DNA of 64,000 bases from Octopus sinensis (taxonomy: Eukaryota), in contig NC_043004.1 in NCBI RefSeq assembly GCF_006345805.1, forward strand, positions 10,106,001-10,170,000, in the 5' to 3' direction. A program made the position numbers and the translations under genes. This document shows positions 49,971 through 63,595 of this stretch, piece by piece. Below the pieces are notes generated by a model that was given only the letters and a program-made list of their open reading frames with translations, was not told the origin of the DNA and did no database searches. Each line of letters starts with the position of its first letter. The stretch's first letter is position 1.

Positions 49971-50022
<52 letters not shown>

Positions 50023-50079
50023 ATCTATCTATCTATCCATCTATATCTATCCATCTATATCTGTCTATCTATCCATCTA

Positions 50080-50139
<60 letters not shown>

Positions 50140-50168
50140 CATCTATCTATCTATCTATCTATCCATCC

Positions 50169-50214
<46 letters not shown>

Positions 50215-50216
50215 AC

Positions 50217-50820
50217 ATGCGACATCCCCCTGCCAATATGCTATGGACATTGAAAGAACGCGGAGTAAGCAACCCCCAAATAACATGGAGCATCATTGTT
50301 AAAGCCAGAAAATACCGAGGACGGTGTACCAAATGTGAGTTCTGTATCACTGAAAAGCTAAATACCATACAGTCAACTGGTAACATCTTAAATGTTAGGG
50401 ATGAAACCTTCACTCCCTATATACACAAGCAATATTACACACTCAGACACTTCAAGGAGGAACCACCACCCGCGCCGCCAACAACTCCACAAGGATTGCT
50501 TTTTTCTCTGAACGTCAACATTGAATATATACAACGCACGAACGCCACACATAGAAGAAATACACCCTCTGATGAACTCCCACAACACACAAACATACGA
50601 ACATCACATACCCACAATAGAATATTATATAATGCAAACAAATTCACCATCCAACACGGTTTTTTTTTATCCAAGAGTCAAACCCAAGGGTTTGTGGTTA
50701 ATATACGTACCTTCAATATATCGGTTTTTACATTTCGTACTATTGCTGATATGTGACAATGTCTTGCAATCTTTTGTTCGTGTAAATGTTTCATTGTATT
50801 GAAGGTACGTGTATTAACTC
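50217..50820 (+). mobile_element. Penelope-like element 3' remnant (GIY-YIG C-terminal part plus pLTR-like tail with inverted end)
   Basis: LWTLKERG..ITWSIIVKARKY..CTKCEFCITEKLNTI..ILNVRDE matches the IWxLK..W.I..Y..C.LC..EK..I..LN.R.E pattern of PLE endonuclease C-termini. Inverted repeat at 50698-50718 / 50797-50817. Confidence 0.7.
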
Positions 50821-50829
50821 AAAAAGTGT

Positions 50830-51200
50830 CAGCCAAGAGTAGTTATTTCATCGTACTTATTTTATCGATTTCGGAAGGATGAAAGGTAAAGTTGACCACG
50901 TCAGAATTTTAAGTCTGAACGTAAAGTCGGAAGAATTACCGCTAAGCATTTTGTCCGGCGCCGTAACGATTCTATTAGTGCGCCACCTTATGTCTATATT
51001 GGCTTAAAATTTTGGCACAAGGCCACTAATTTCGAGAAGGAGATAAGTCGATTACATCGACCCCAGTGCTCAAATGATACTTATTTTATCAAGCTAAGTT
51101 CACACTGGCGTCGTTTGAAATCAGAACGTAAAGTCGGAAGAATGCCGCTACACATTTTGTCCGGCGCGGTAACGATTCTACCGGCCCACCGCCCCGCTCT
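50830..51200 (-). mobile_element. Two tandem decayed SINE family A copies
   Basis: Two successive ..GAACGTAAAGTCGGAAGAAT..CTA..CATTTTGTCCGGCG..TAACGATTCTA blocks. Confidence 0.75.
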
Positions 51201-52064
51201 GTGTCTCTATTAGAAACAACTATATTTCGTCTCATTTGGGGAGATTATAAGCGGTAAGTTGACATGTTAAAAATAGCAGCCAGATTTCGTTCAAATCACA
51301 ACCGGGTACTTCGGTTTTCAGACGCTGTGCCGCGGATTAATAAAATTCTAGTTTCAGACTAGAGTTACTATCATTTACAAATTTATGAATAACACATCTT
51401 TTAAATTGTTAAAGCATCTTAAAAACGTGTTATTCATAATATTTTTCCAATACAAGTATGATTAGTAAAACTAGATAATTAATAGTCTTCTTTAGTTTCT
51501 TTTTCTAAATTTTTCACATGAAAACAGTTTTTTTAATAAAATTTTCCATGCGAAGTGTGGCATTAAATATTTCTATTTGATCTCTAATGCACCATGGAGC
51601 CAAAATAATTGAGAACTTTTGCTCTAGCATTCAAAAGAAGGACACCATGAACAATAAAGTGTCCACAGTGGTCATATATAGCATATAAAGCCATAGAAAT
51701 ATATACAATACGAACACAAAATGCGAAAGACAATCGATCGTTACGGCTAGAATACCTTTGATCGTAAGTCTGTTTTTCAGAGCAGGCCTGCACCTGGGGT
51801 TAAATAATAATAATAATAATAATAATGATTATAACAACAACAACAACAACAACAACTCCGATACTAAAACAAAAACAACAGGGAATCAAACATTTACACG
51901 AACAAAAGATTGCAAAACATTGTCACAGATCAGCAATAGTACGAAATGTAAAAACCGATATATTGAAGGTACGTGTATTAACCACAATTGGTTAATGAAA
52001 TAAATATTGCTCTGCAATGTTGTATTGATTTAGTAAGTGGCGGTCGGTGGCTTTGGTAATCACT

Positions 52065-52115
<51 letters not shown>

Positions 52116-52572
52116 TAGTAGTAGCAGCAGCAGTAGTAGGTGTTGTCAGTGTTAGTGGTGGGTCATAAAATGTGATGTTAGCCGACAAATACGGACATCG
52201 TTGTTGTGGTCAGTGGAGTACGGACAGAAGCAATAAAATATAGCCTCTTTTCATGATAGACAATCTCCTAATTTAATGACAATAACAGAATGTATGATAT
52301 TAATTAATTAATTGATTATTCACCTGAAATCACACATCGTGGCTATGGGGAGTGGAAAGGATGTTGGCTTCGGTGGACGGTGTTGCTCGGTTGAAGTGAA
52401 AAGTGTTATTTGATTGAAAATTAATCTCAGTATTTGTCACTGACAGAGGTATAAAACACACACACACACACACAATGTATATACACATATATCTATTTAT
52501 ACATATATACACATATATATCTACACTAACATATATATATATGTATGTATGTGTGTGTGTATATATATATAA

Positions 52573-52651
<79 letters not shown>

Positions 52652-52742
52652 ATATATATATACACATACACGCAGATACACATACATACGTACACGCATA
52701 CATACTTACAGCATACATACGTGCTTACATATATATGTATGC

Positions 52743-52799
<57 letters not shown>

Positions 52800-52805
<6 letters not shown>

Positions 52806-53155
52806 CTTTTATTTGTTTCAGTCATTTGACTGCGGCTATGTTTAAGCATCACCTTTAGTCGAGCAAATCAACCCAGGACTTATGTACTTATTCTATCGGT
52901 TTCTTTTGCCGAACCGCTAAGTTACAGGAATGTAAACAACACCAAGCAATGTTCGCGGGGTGGCGAAACAAACACACACACACACACACACACATATATA
53001 CATATATATATTCGACGAGCTTCTTTCAGTTTCCGTCTACCAAATCCGCTCACAAGGCTTTGATCAGCCCGAGGCTATAGTAGAAGTCACTTGGGACTGA
53101 ATCCTAAAACATGTAGTTGGTAAGCAAGCTACTTACCACACAGCCACGCCTGCGC
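52800..53155 (-). mobile_element. SINE family B
   Basis: Reverse-complement copy with small deletions. Confidence 0.8.
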
Positions 53156-53182
53156 CTATATACATATATTTATTTATGTCCG

Positions 53183-53255
<73 letters not shown>

Positions 53256-53499
53256 GTGCGCGTGCGTGTATATATATATATATATATATAAAGGAATACA
53301 AAAAATGAGACAAGAACGCAAAGCAACCAGACAGATGATACAAAAAAGGGACAAGAAAAAACAAGGACGGGTCATTCGGAGTTTTCTCTCCTCAGTCGAG
53401 TTCCAGATTATCATATGTATATGTTTGTTTGTTTTTGTTTTTGTTTTTCCAGTTTCAGCTCTTGAGCTGTGGCCATGCTGGGGCACCGCCATTGTGGTG

Positions 53500-53642
53500 A
53501 AAGAGTACAGCAGGGATCACCACCAGAGCCTCGTAGAGCTTTTAGGTGTTTTCGCTCAATAAACACACACAACGCCCAGTCTGAGAATCGAAACCTCGAT
53601 CCTGCGACCGCGAGTCCGCTGCCTAACCACTAGGCCATTGCG

Positions 53643-53645
<3 letters not shown>
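53500..53645 (-). mobile_element. SINE family C, 5' half
   Basis: GAGAATCGAAACCTCGATCCTGCGACCGCGAGTCCGCTGCCTAACCACTAGGCCATTGCGCC is the reverse complement of the tRNA head. Confidence 0.8.
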
Positions 53646-53673
<28 letters not shown>

Positions 53674-53705
53674 GATATATATAATAATATATATATTATA
53701 TATAA

Positions 53706-53757
<52 letters not shown>

Positions 53758-53770
53758 CTATATTATATAT

Positions 53771-53975
<205 letters not shown>

Positions 53976-54195
53976 TAGATATAGATATATAGCCGAGTGA
54001 ATTAAGTTCGTTTCGCAACCATGAAGTCTCAGGTTCGTTTCCATTACGAGGCATCTTTGATAAAATTTCATCTTCTATAGCCATGGAGCGATCTGTGTCT
54101 TGTGAATAAATTTGGATTGCCGGAAACTATATAGAATCCCGTCGAACAGATTGTACTTGTATTCCAAAAATTACAACTATTATATACAGACAGTA

Positions 54196-55477
54196 CGAGG
54201 GGCGTTCAATAAGTAATGCCCCTGACCCACTTCCCATAGCAGTAGAGCAACGAAACTTGGCACAGTTATTAGTCTTTTTCTACATAGGAACCACCCAGAG
54301 TTACGCATTTCTCCCATCGTTTGATGCGGCTCTGGAGACCGTTTTTGCAGAAGAACCCAGCTTGGTCCTCCAACCTCAACGTGACTTCAGAAATCAAGGC
54401 TGCATCATCTGAGAAACGCTTTCTTTTCAAAAACAACTTTATGATTGGGAAGAGGTGAAAATCAGAGGGTGCAAGGTCAGGAAAGTAGGGAGAATGGGGA
54501 GGAGTTCATAGCCATACGCCTGTGCTTCTGATCTGGCGACAAGCGAGTTGTGGACCGGAGCGTTGTCCTGCAGGAGGAGGATGCCTTTGCTGATCTTGCC
54601 CCGCCTCTTGATTTTGATAACTTCTCTTAATTTCCTCAAAAGTGAAGCATAATAGGCTCCTGCAATTGTGGTACCCTTTGCCAGGAAATCTGTCATCTCT
54701 ACTCCGTCCTGGTCTCAGAAGACTGTGAGCATGACCTTGCCAGCGGAGGGCTGCACCCTTGCCTTCTTTGGAGGGGGTGGGTCACGGTGGTTCCACTGCA
54801 TTGACTGGGCTTTGGTCTCTGAATCATCGTGATGGACCCAGGTTTCATCCTGTGTAATCAGTCTTTTGAAAAATTTTGACTCATCTTCTTGGCACATCTC
54901 CAAATTCACCCTCGAGCACTCGACGCGTTCTTGCTTCTGGAAAGGCGTGAACAACCTGGGAATCCATCTGGCAGACACCTTTTGCATATGCAAATGGTCA
55001 TGAATGATAGTTTCCACAGACCCGGTACTAATCTTGACCTCATGGGCTATTTGGCGAATAGTTATGCGTCGATCTTCCAAAATGGCAGCCTCAACTTGAC
55101 GGACAGATGCCTCATCAATGGCAGAAGGGGGCGACCAGATCTGGGAGCTGTTTCCACAGAGTTCCGACCATGTTTGAATTCACGATGCCAGCGTTTTACA
55201 AGGTCATATGATGGGGCATCATCACCATAAGTTACTTTCATTTCATCAAAAGTCTCCCGTGGTGTGCGTCCTTTCAAATACAAAAACCGGATCACTGCTC
55301 GACACTCAACAGGCTCCATTTCACACTTGACTCGGTTCAAACACCTGTAAATCAGAAACCACAATTAATTCAGAGCTGTAATTTGCCACTTACTCTATAG
55401 AGATATAAATGATTGCACATGCAAAATTTCAAACAACTGCAAGTGGGTCAGAGGCATTACTTATTGAACGTCCCTCG
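54196..55477 (-). mobile_element. Full-length mariner transposon (irritans-like), 1282 bp
   Basis: TIRs CGAGGGGCGTTCAATAAGTAATGCCCCTGACCCACTT / AAGTGGGTCAGAGGCATTACTTATTGAACGTCCCTCG; TA target duplication at 54194-54195 and 55478-55479. Confidence 0.95.
54269..55319 (-). pseudogene. Mariner D,D34D transposase pseudogene
   Basis: MEPVECRAVIRFL..PRSGRP, VSARWIPR, ITQDETWVHH, LLQDNAPVH, PHSPYFPDLAPSDF, with 34 residues between the second and third D after frame correction. At least two frameshifts and one stop (~54715). Confidence 0.92.
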
Positions 55478-55714
55478 TATCACGCTGATTCTACTTATAA
55501 CTTCTGTAAAGAGTACACGTCTCTTCGGAATACTCAGCCACTTACACAGAAATCAAGAAAAAGGTAATTCAGTTGATTGAATAACTGAAATCTCATCCAC
55601 CATCATTTAGTACACGCTCGTAGATAAAAGCGGGAAAATATACAAATATGCATTCATAGACACTGACAGATATATATGCACATTAAAAGACATATTTCCT
55701 TTGAAATATCTCTA

Positions 55715-55949
55715 TAGGGGTAGCTGTGTGGTTCAGAAGTTTGTTTCCTAACCATGTAATCTTGGGTTCAGTCTCAGAGCGTGGCACCTAGGACAAGTGT
55801 CTTCTGCTATAGCCCTCAGCTGACCAAAGTCTTGTGAGTGAATTTGGGAAACCTTAACTAGAAGCTCGTCACGTGTATGCGTGTCTATCTGTTTGTATGT
55901 ATGTATGTATGTATGTGTGTATGTATGTATGTATGTATGTATGTGTGTG

Positions 55950-55982
<33 letters not shown>

Positions 55983-56200
55983 TACTTTGTGTTTGTGCTG
56001 TGTTTATTCCCCACCACTGCTTGACATCTGGTGTTATTTGTTTATGTCTTTGTAACCTAGCGGTTCGGGAAAAGAGTCTGACAGAATAAGTACGAGACTT
56101 AAAAAAAGAAAATAAGTCCTGGAGTAGATTTGTTCAACCAAATTCTTCAAGATGGTACCCATCATGTCAACAGTCCAATGACAGTAACTAGCAGAAGATA
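55715..56200 (+). mobile_element. SINE family B, older copy
   Basis: Head GGTAGCTGTGTGGTTCAGAAG, core AAGTGTCTTCTGCTATAG, internal (TATG)n(TG)n. Confidence 0.75.
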
Positions 56201-56849
56201 AAAAAAGGACACGTGAGTCATATTTGTGCCTCAATCAGCCGACATGAGTCCAGTTTCGAGTCTCAGTTGAAATCAATTTGTCTTACATAGTCTATTTCAA
56301 AGTTACGAGCTGTAGAAAAGTCGGTAAAAAAAAACATGTTTGGCGGTTCAGAGGGTTCGATTATATATTCAATTCGCTCCGAGATCGATTAAGTATTCAC
56401 CAGAAATCCAATAAGGTAGACTGTATTGGTCTCTTGACCTGCTCTGCTAGATTTAACAGTCAGTCAAATCTCTTTCGTGTCACGTCCAGTCATCATAAAG
56501 AAGGAAATACCCATTGTGAGAATGTAGTGGACAATAAATAAGATAGTCACAGCTACAGCCCGTTGGACCATAATACTGCCCAGTCAGGACTGACCTAGTG
56601 CCAAACAACAACAGCATGATAACAATTTGTTTCAATTTTGACACAAAGCCAGCAATTTTGAGGGAGTTGAGTAGTTGATTGCATAGATTCTGGTGAATCA
56701 CTGGTACCTTATTACATCGAGTCCACAAAGGCAAATTTGACCTTGGTAGGATTTGATCCCAGAACGTAAAGAACCAGAAGAAATCTTGCTCAGCATTCTG
56801 TTCGACGCGCAAGTTTGTTACTCTTAACACTATAGAAAGAATAATAACA

Positions 56850-57070
56850 GAAACGTTAGCATGCCGGGCGAAATGCTTTGTGGTATTTCGTCCGCCGCTG
56901 CGTTCTGAATTCTGAGTTCAAATTCAGCCGAGGTCGACTTTGCCTTTCATCCTTTCGGGGTCGATAAATTAAGTACCAGTTACGCACTGGGGTTGATGTA
57001 ATCGACTTAAAATTCGTTTGTCTGTTCTTGTTTGTCCCCTCAGTGTGCAGACCCTTGTGGGCAATAGAAA
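56850..57070 (+). mobile_element. SINE family A
   Basis: GAAACGTTAGCATGCCGGGCGAAATGC..GTCGACTTTGCCTTTCATCCTTTCGGGGTCGATAAATTAAG. Confidence 0.85.
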
Positions 57071-57074
57071 TAAG

Positions 57075-57420
57075 AAAGAATAATAACAGTAGATAAAGAG
57101 AATAGAACGTGCAAGGTTATTGACTTTACAGTCCTAAATGATGAGAAAGTCAATGAGAGGGATAGAAAAAATAGAAAAGAACCAGGACCTAAACATTGAG
57201 TTACAAAGTCCATGACAAGTGCGGGTAAAATGTATCCCAAAGTCCATGACAAGTGCGGGTAAAATGTTACAGATGCATTAGCAACTATCCCTAAAGATTT
57301 GAACATTTGGATAGAGGAAATAGGCATAAAACTAAGTTTAGTGCAGATCCAGAAAACAGTGATATGAGGGACAGCTAGGATTCTTAGGAAGGTTCATAGC
57401 ATCTAAGGTTACTTGTTGTA
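57075..57420 (+). mobile_element. 3' remnant of an R4-like LINE with a 30-bp internal duplication
   Basis: IITVDKENRTCKVIDFTV..KIEKNQDL..DALATIPKDL..QIQKTVI*GTARILRKV; 57204-57233 is repeated at 57238-57267. Confidence 0.75.
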
Positions 57421-58009
57421 GCCTGATGTTAGGAATTTTTCTTTTTCTACAGTTTAATCTGTTGTGCATATATGAAATAATACGTTTATTATGGGTTTAG
57501 ATTTTCACACAAGGCCAGTTATATTGGAGAGGGAAATCGACAACATCGATCTCAGTACTCTACTCGTACTTATTTTATCTATCCTGATGAAAGACGACCT
57601 TGATCTCGGCGGGATTTTAACCCAGTACGTAAAGCACCACGACACAGGTTTACAAATTTTAGGAGATAGTACAGTCGATCCGGGTACCCAATCCTCAAAT
57701 GATTCTGACTCTGTGGTATATGGAAATAGAGTAACACCAACGTATAGTATTGAAAGTAATTAGATAGGGCTTATGGAGAATAGACTTAAAATACGATACA
57801 ACCAAGTGGCACATAAGTCACTCACATTTTAATAAGTAGCCTTTAAATACTATCACTGGAAATCGGAATAAACCAAAATAAGCTGTAGAAACAACGAAAA
57901 CTTTTTGTTCACAGTTATCTAGAGCTGCGGAAATGAGTCACGCAGGGTCTCATTTCACAGCGATACTAAGTTTCACCTCTTTTTACCATTCGTTTTACTT
58001 CTTATTATC

Positions 58010-58200
58010 ATTCATCGTATGTCCATCCACGCAGGTACAACACTCCTAACTATATTGAATCCTTTCTCTCCAGAGCGTTGTCCCTCTGGAATCTCCATGC
58101 TACCTTTGTCTTTCCTGTAGGCGTTGGCATGCTGCGGCTTAAGCAAAACATTAACAGCATCAATCTCACCAGCTTCAGAGGGTCCGCAAAAGTCATAGTT
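58010..58200 (+). mobile_element. 3' end of a CR1/Jockey-group LINE ORF
   Basis: NYIESFLSRALSLWN..FVFP..LKQNINSI resembles the SFF.R...LWN.LP..VFP....FK..VN C-terminus. Confidence 0.55.
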
Positions 58201-58378
58201 TCTATTTATTTCTCGAGACAGCCAAAAGCAAACAAACAAACAAACAAAAAAGCAAATATAAGGAATATATACATTCGTTTATTTATTTATGTATTTATTC
58301 AAGTACGTATGTATATACGCACGTACGTAAAACTTATATGTATTTGTAGGTGGCGGGAAATATCTTTGAACGTATGTA

Positions 58379-58443
<65 letters not shown>

Positions 58444-58466
58444 CACCACCACACCACCACCACCTT

Positions 58467-58504
<38 letters not shown>

Positions 58505-58799
58505 GTGATGGTAGTAGTTGTAGTTTAAGCAAACACAATGCCAAAAGGTAATTCTTCAGTGATGTTTATTCTCTTCCCAAATCGAAGAACTTCACTAAAA
58601 GATGATTTTTATATTCAAATTCTGTTTTCAAACGTTTGTTAAAAAAAAATTTTTTTTCACTTGAAATGATTCCAAATAGAATAACTGTATAATGGCAAGC
58701 AACAAGAAAACTGAACGCACAAACACACATCCACACACACACACACTCACACACACACTCACACACTCACTCACACACACACACGCACACACACACACA

Positions 58800-58842
<43 letters not shown>

Positions 58843-58887
58843 TATATGTATATATTCATACGTTTTTTTCTGCCGGTCTTTCTCTCC

Positions 58888-59002
<115 letters not shown>

Positions 59003-59960
59003 ATATTATATATATAGATATATATATATATATATATATATGTATATGTATATATATGTATATCTGTATATGTATGTGTATATATATGTATCTATATAAT
59101 GTATATGTATATATATATATGTATATGTATGTATATATATATATATGTATATGTATATATATAGAGTTAAACAATAACAACAACAATAATCGCAGCAAAA
59201 CAAACAGAAAAGCAAGTAAATAAAACGAAACGTAAAAGGAAAAGAAGAAAAAAACAAATGAAACACAATAATTGCAAGAATTTTGATTCAACATTTTGAT
59301 AAACGTGTCGCGAAGAAAAATCAAAGACGCCATCTTGCTGAAGGCTTTTCCGATTAGTTTCTAATAGCTTTACCAAAGATCAAAGATAAAATTTTTAGCT
59401 GTGACTTGATCATTGAACACTGTTTATTAGATTCCATTTTGAAAGAGTGAATCGTGTTTGTTCGATGGTTTCGTCTGTCTGTACGTATATACCTGTATGT
59501 GTCCGTACACGTGCGTGTATGTGAGTCTATGTGCAAAGAGGAACAAGTGTCCGTATGTGTAGTAAAGGTTAGGTTGTTTGTGAAAAATTGTGTATTAGTG
59601 TGTGTGCGCGTATGTGTGAATGTATGTGTTCCTATGTGAATAAATGTTCTTAGTTGTTTATGTTAAATCATTTTTTTTAACACCCTGTCAATAACACTTA
59701 TTACAATGGCTGGAAAATCTACTTTATAAATAAATACTTTAAGGTAGGTTTTAGATTCTTGTATTGTCATTGGTTGTTATTCGACTTCGCCTTTCATCCC
59801 TGCGGGGTCGATAAAATAGAGTACCAGTCAAGTGTTGGAGTCAATGGTATGGACGAAGAACCTTCCCTCGAGATGGCTGGCTTTGCGCATAAATCACAAA
59901 CATTATATTATTACTTTTATTGCCTCAGTTAGAAAAAAAAAACTATCGTTATTATTGTCA

Positions 59961-61140
59961 GGGCGGTGAGCTGGCAGAATCGTTTTTATTTTTTATTTAT
60001 GCACCCTTTTCAAGTCTAGCCAGGCACATGGGCCCGATTTCCCGGTTTCTGTGGAGTATGTATTCCCCCCAGCTGGACGGGACACCAATCCATCGCAGCG
60101 TTACCCAAGAAACAGGAAGAAAGAGTGAGAGAAAGTTGGGGCGAAAGAGTACAGCATGGGTCGCCACCACCCCCTGCCGGAGCCTCGTGGAGCTATAGGT
60201 GTTTTCGCTCAATAAACGCATACAACTCCCGGTCTGGGAATCGAAACCGCGATCCTCCGACCGCGAGTTCGCTGCCCTAAACACTGGGCCATTGTGCCTC
60301 CATATGGCAGAATCGTTAACGCGTAGAAAATATTTAGCGGTATCTCTCCCGTCACTACATTCTGAGTTCAAATTCCGCCGAGGTCTACTTTGCCTTTCAT
60401 CCTTTCGGGGTCGATAAATTAAGTACCAATTGAGTACTGTGGTCGTTGTAATCGACCATCCCCCACCCAAATTTCAGACATTGTGCTTATAGCAGAAAGG
60501 ATTATTTGTAGGGCAGTGAAATGGCAGTATCATTAAATATCTAGTAGCATTTCTTCTGACTTTACGTTCTGAGTTCAAATTCCACTGAGGTCTACTTTGC
60601 CTTTCATCCTTTCGCGACCGATAAAATAAGTGTCAGTAGAATAATAGGGCCGATGCAATCGACTTACCTCCCCACCCGAAAATTTCAGACCTGGTGCCTA
60701 TACCAAAAAAAAAAAAAATGGTTATTATTGTTGTTAAGGTGAGGTGCTGGCAGAATGGTTAGCACTTAAGAGAAAATACTTAACTGCATTTCGTCCATCT
60801 TTGCGTTCCGAGTTTCAATGTTGCCAAGGTCGATTTTGCCTTCGGGGGTCGGTAAAAGAAAATACCAGTCAAACACTGGGGCCGATGTAATCGACTAACA
60901 CTTTCCTCCAAAATTTCAGGCCCTGTGCCTACAGCAGAATGAATTATTATTATTATTGTTAGAAGGTGGCGAGCTGGTACAATCGTTAGCACTCAGGACG
61001 AAATGCTAAACGGTATTTCGCTCGTTGCTACGTTTTGAGTTTAAATTCCGCGGAGGTCGACTTTGCCTTTCATCCTTTCGGGGTCGATAAATTAAGTACC
61101 AGTTGTGTACTGAGGTCGATCTAATCGACTGGCCACTTCC
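59961..61140 (+). mobile_element. Cluster of about four tandem SINE family A copies
   Basis: Heads at ~59961, ~60510, ~60740 and ~60962, each with a GTT(C/T)(A/T)AA(T)TCC-type B box and family A body. Confidence 0.8.
59985..60304 (-). mobile_element. Complete SINE family C with 13-bp TSD, nested in a family A head
   Basis: TGGCAGAATCGTT is duplicated at 59972-59984 and 60305-60317; A-rich tail at the 59985 end. Confidence 0.9.
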
Positions 61141-61147
61141 CCAAAAA

Positions 61148-61785
61148 GAAGTTCCTGTTGGTGTTATGCCTAGGGTGCCATATATTTGCTTTTGTACTTA
61201 GTGTTGTACTAGTGAATGTTTAAGAAACCATAAGAAAATTATGTTTGTTTTAAAACTTCAGATTACATAGAAAGTATTTTGCGTACGATATGAGCAGTTC
61301 CCATGAGCACTATCTTTTGAATTTCTGCCATTTTGGGGTTTCCTGGTATCTGAGCTAGGTAGCAATCAGCCCCTTTTGCTATCATTCCCAGGGCACCTAT
61401 AACAACAGGTATTGTTTTAGTCTTTAGGTTCCACATTTTGCTAATTTCTATTTCAAGATCTTTATATTTGCTCAGTTTTTGGTAGGTCTTGACAAATACG
61501 TTTATATCGATTGGGACAGTCATCAATGAAGAGGCATGATTTTTGTCTGAAGTCTTTCAATATGATGTCTGGCCTATTCGTATCTATTTTTCTATCAGTT
61601 TGAATGGTGAAGTTCCAGAGGAGTGAGATGTGATCATATTCAAGCACTGGGTGTGGTTTGTTTTCCCACCAGTTTTTATCATGTGGCAGGCCAAGGCTTT
61701 TGCAAATTACCTAGCTCTATCATGCCTGTTGAGATACTCTGTAGGAGCAAGAAGACTGCACTTGGAGACATGATCAATGGGTTCA

Positions 61786-61787
<2 letters not shown>
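61148..61787 (-). mobile_element. 5'-truncated copy of the R4/Dong family seen at 32870-35043
   Basis: The C-terminus KYKDLEIEISKMWNLKTK..GTAHIVRKILSM and the 3' UTR are nearly identical to 34450-35043. Confidence 0.92.
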
Positions 61788-61840
<53 letters not shown>

Positions 61841-61841
<1 letters not shown>

Positions 61842-61965
61842 TATGTTTGACTTTTGCTTTATATTTGTACAAGTTGGCTCCAAGTCTCACCCAGAGACCT
61901 CAAGAGACAACAGGTTGGAAGTTCATGTTGTTGTTATGCCTAGTGTGCCATATATTTGTTTTTTG
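61841..61965 (-). mobile_element. Extreme 3' UTR fragment of the same R4/Dong family with (TAA)n tail
   Basis: Overlaps the 61148-61190 UTR sequence (GTTATGCCTAG.GTGCCATATATTTG) and runs into (TAT)n at 61787-61840. Confidence 0.75.
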
Positions 61966-61986
61966 TTTTTTTTTTTATTATTATTA

Positions 61987-62026
<40 letters not shown>

Positions 62027-62028
<2 letters not shown>

Positions 62029-63592
62029 GTTTTTCCCTTCTTTCTTCAAATTTTCTTCTGTTCCTCGCCGAGTGTTTTCCATACACCTAGGGCAGAGAAG
62101 CTCATTGTATGTATTCCCAGACTGCACAAGCAAATTCACAGATGAAATATGTATTTAAAAATTAATAAATAAATAAATTCATGGATGGATGTTGTTTTCA
62201 CAGCGATAATGCTTTTCTTAGTACATGATCCGTTCCAGTTAATACGATTTTTTGCACTTCCTGTAGGGATGATAAGCCTGGAATCATTTTCAGATAGGTT
62301 TCAGTACCCTTTTTTTATCATTCCTAGAGATCCTACAATCACTGGTACTGTAGTCACCTTGAGATGCCACATTTTTTCAATTTCTATTAGCAGGTCTTTA
62401 TATTTACTAATCTTGTCAAATTCTTTCGCCGCTATATTGTGATCGCAAGGGATACTCATGTCAATTAATAAACACGTCTTTTTTGTCTGATCTTTTATAA
62501 TAATATCCGGTTTATTAGCTTTTATAATATTGTCGGTCTGTACGGGGAAGTCCCATAGAATCGACACATTTTCTCCCTCAGTCACAGCTTCAGGATGGTG
62601 TTTATACCATTTGTTAGCGGTTTTGATTTTATAATACCGACATATTGTCCAATGTAAATACTGGCCGACTCTGTCATGTCTTGCTTTATATTCTGCAGGT
62701 GCTAAGACTCTACACCCTGAGATTAGGTGGTCTATTGTTTCAATCTCATCGTTACAGAATCGTCATTTTGGGTCAGCTCCATTTTTTTATCACATTGGCT
62801 TGGTAGTTCCGGGTTAATAAGCTTTGGTCTTGAGAAGCTAATATGAAACCTTCACTCTCTGCTTTTAGCCCTGAGCTTCGTAACCATTGGTGCGTGTGTT
62901 TCTGGTCGACATCAGCTTGTTTGCTACGGGCCACTTCCCATCTGCTAGCTAAATTTCCATGTGCTTTTGTCTTTGCAATTAATTTTATTTTCTTTGCAGC
63001 AGCAGTTGGCGCATTTTCTTCAGCCTGATCAATCTGGTGGGTATCTAAGAGATCAGCAGCGAATTTTTTGCTCTCTTTGAGAATAGAGTGAAGTCTTTTC
63101 AGTCTTTCATGTTTTTCAACAAGTTTTAGCATCCAATCGTTGGTTGCTTCAAGGTATTTGGCCAGTCCGATTGTGGTGGTTTTGTATGTAAGTTCAAGCT
63201 GGATCAAACCTCGACCTCCCTGGCCTCTGGGAAGGTAAAGGCGATCCACGTCTGCCTTTGGATGGTGCATCTTATTACAAGTCAGTAGCTTGCGATTTTT
63301 CTGTCAGTTTTCATTATTTCACTGGTATTCCAGTTAAGCACATTGAAGCTATAAAGAACAACTGGTACTGCTAAGGAATTTATGGCTAAAAGGACTGCTC
63401 GAACTCTTCTATAACATTCTTTCCTAAACTTCTCTTTAATGCTTGCATGCTGGATACCAGAGCCTTCATTTATTCCTAGGTATTTATAGGTTTCTTCCTG
63501 CTCAAGTTCCTTTATTACTGTTTCGACATCTAATTCGATTGAACTAGACTTTACCAATTTCCCTTTCTTAAAAGTGGCTTTGGCACACTTTT
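62027..63592 (-). mobile_element. Second R4/Dong-type family, 5'-truncated, embedded in (TAA)n
   Basis: YKYLGINEG, AINSLAVPV, MHHPKADVDRLYLPRGQGGRGL, ESEGFILASQDQSL, CRFC..ETIDHLISGC..RHDRV, ANKPDIII..IDMSIP..KYKDL; stop at ~62198; TAA runs on both sides. Confidence 0.92.
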
Positions 63593-63595
63593 GGT

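Noticed and set aside
50560-50610. CUGAUGA in the Penelope-like tail
   Set aside because: No stem II pairing and no GAAA; decayed beyond support.
59270-59345. Minus-strand AAGATGGCG start with a 131-aa ORF (58938-59333)
   Set aside because: The ORF runs into simple repeats, and a single short motif is expected by chance.
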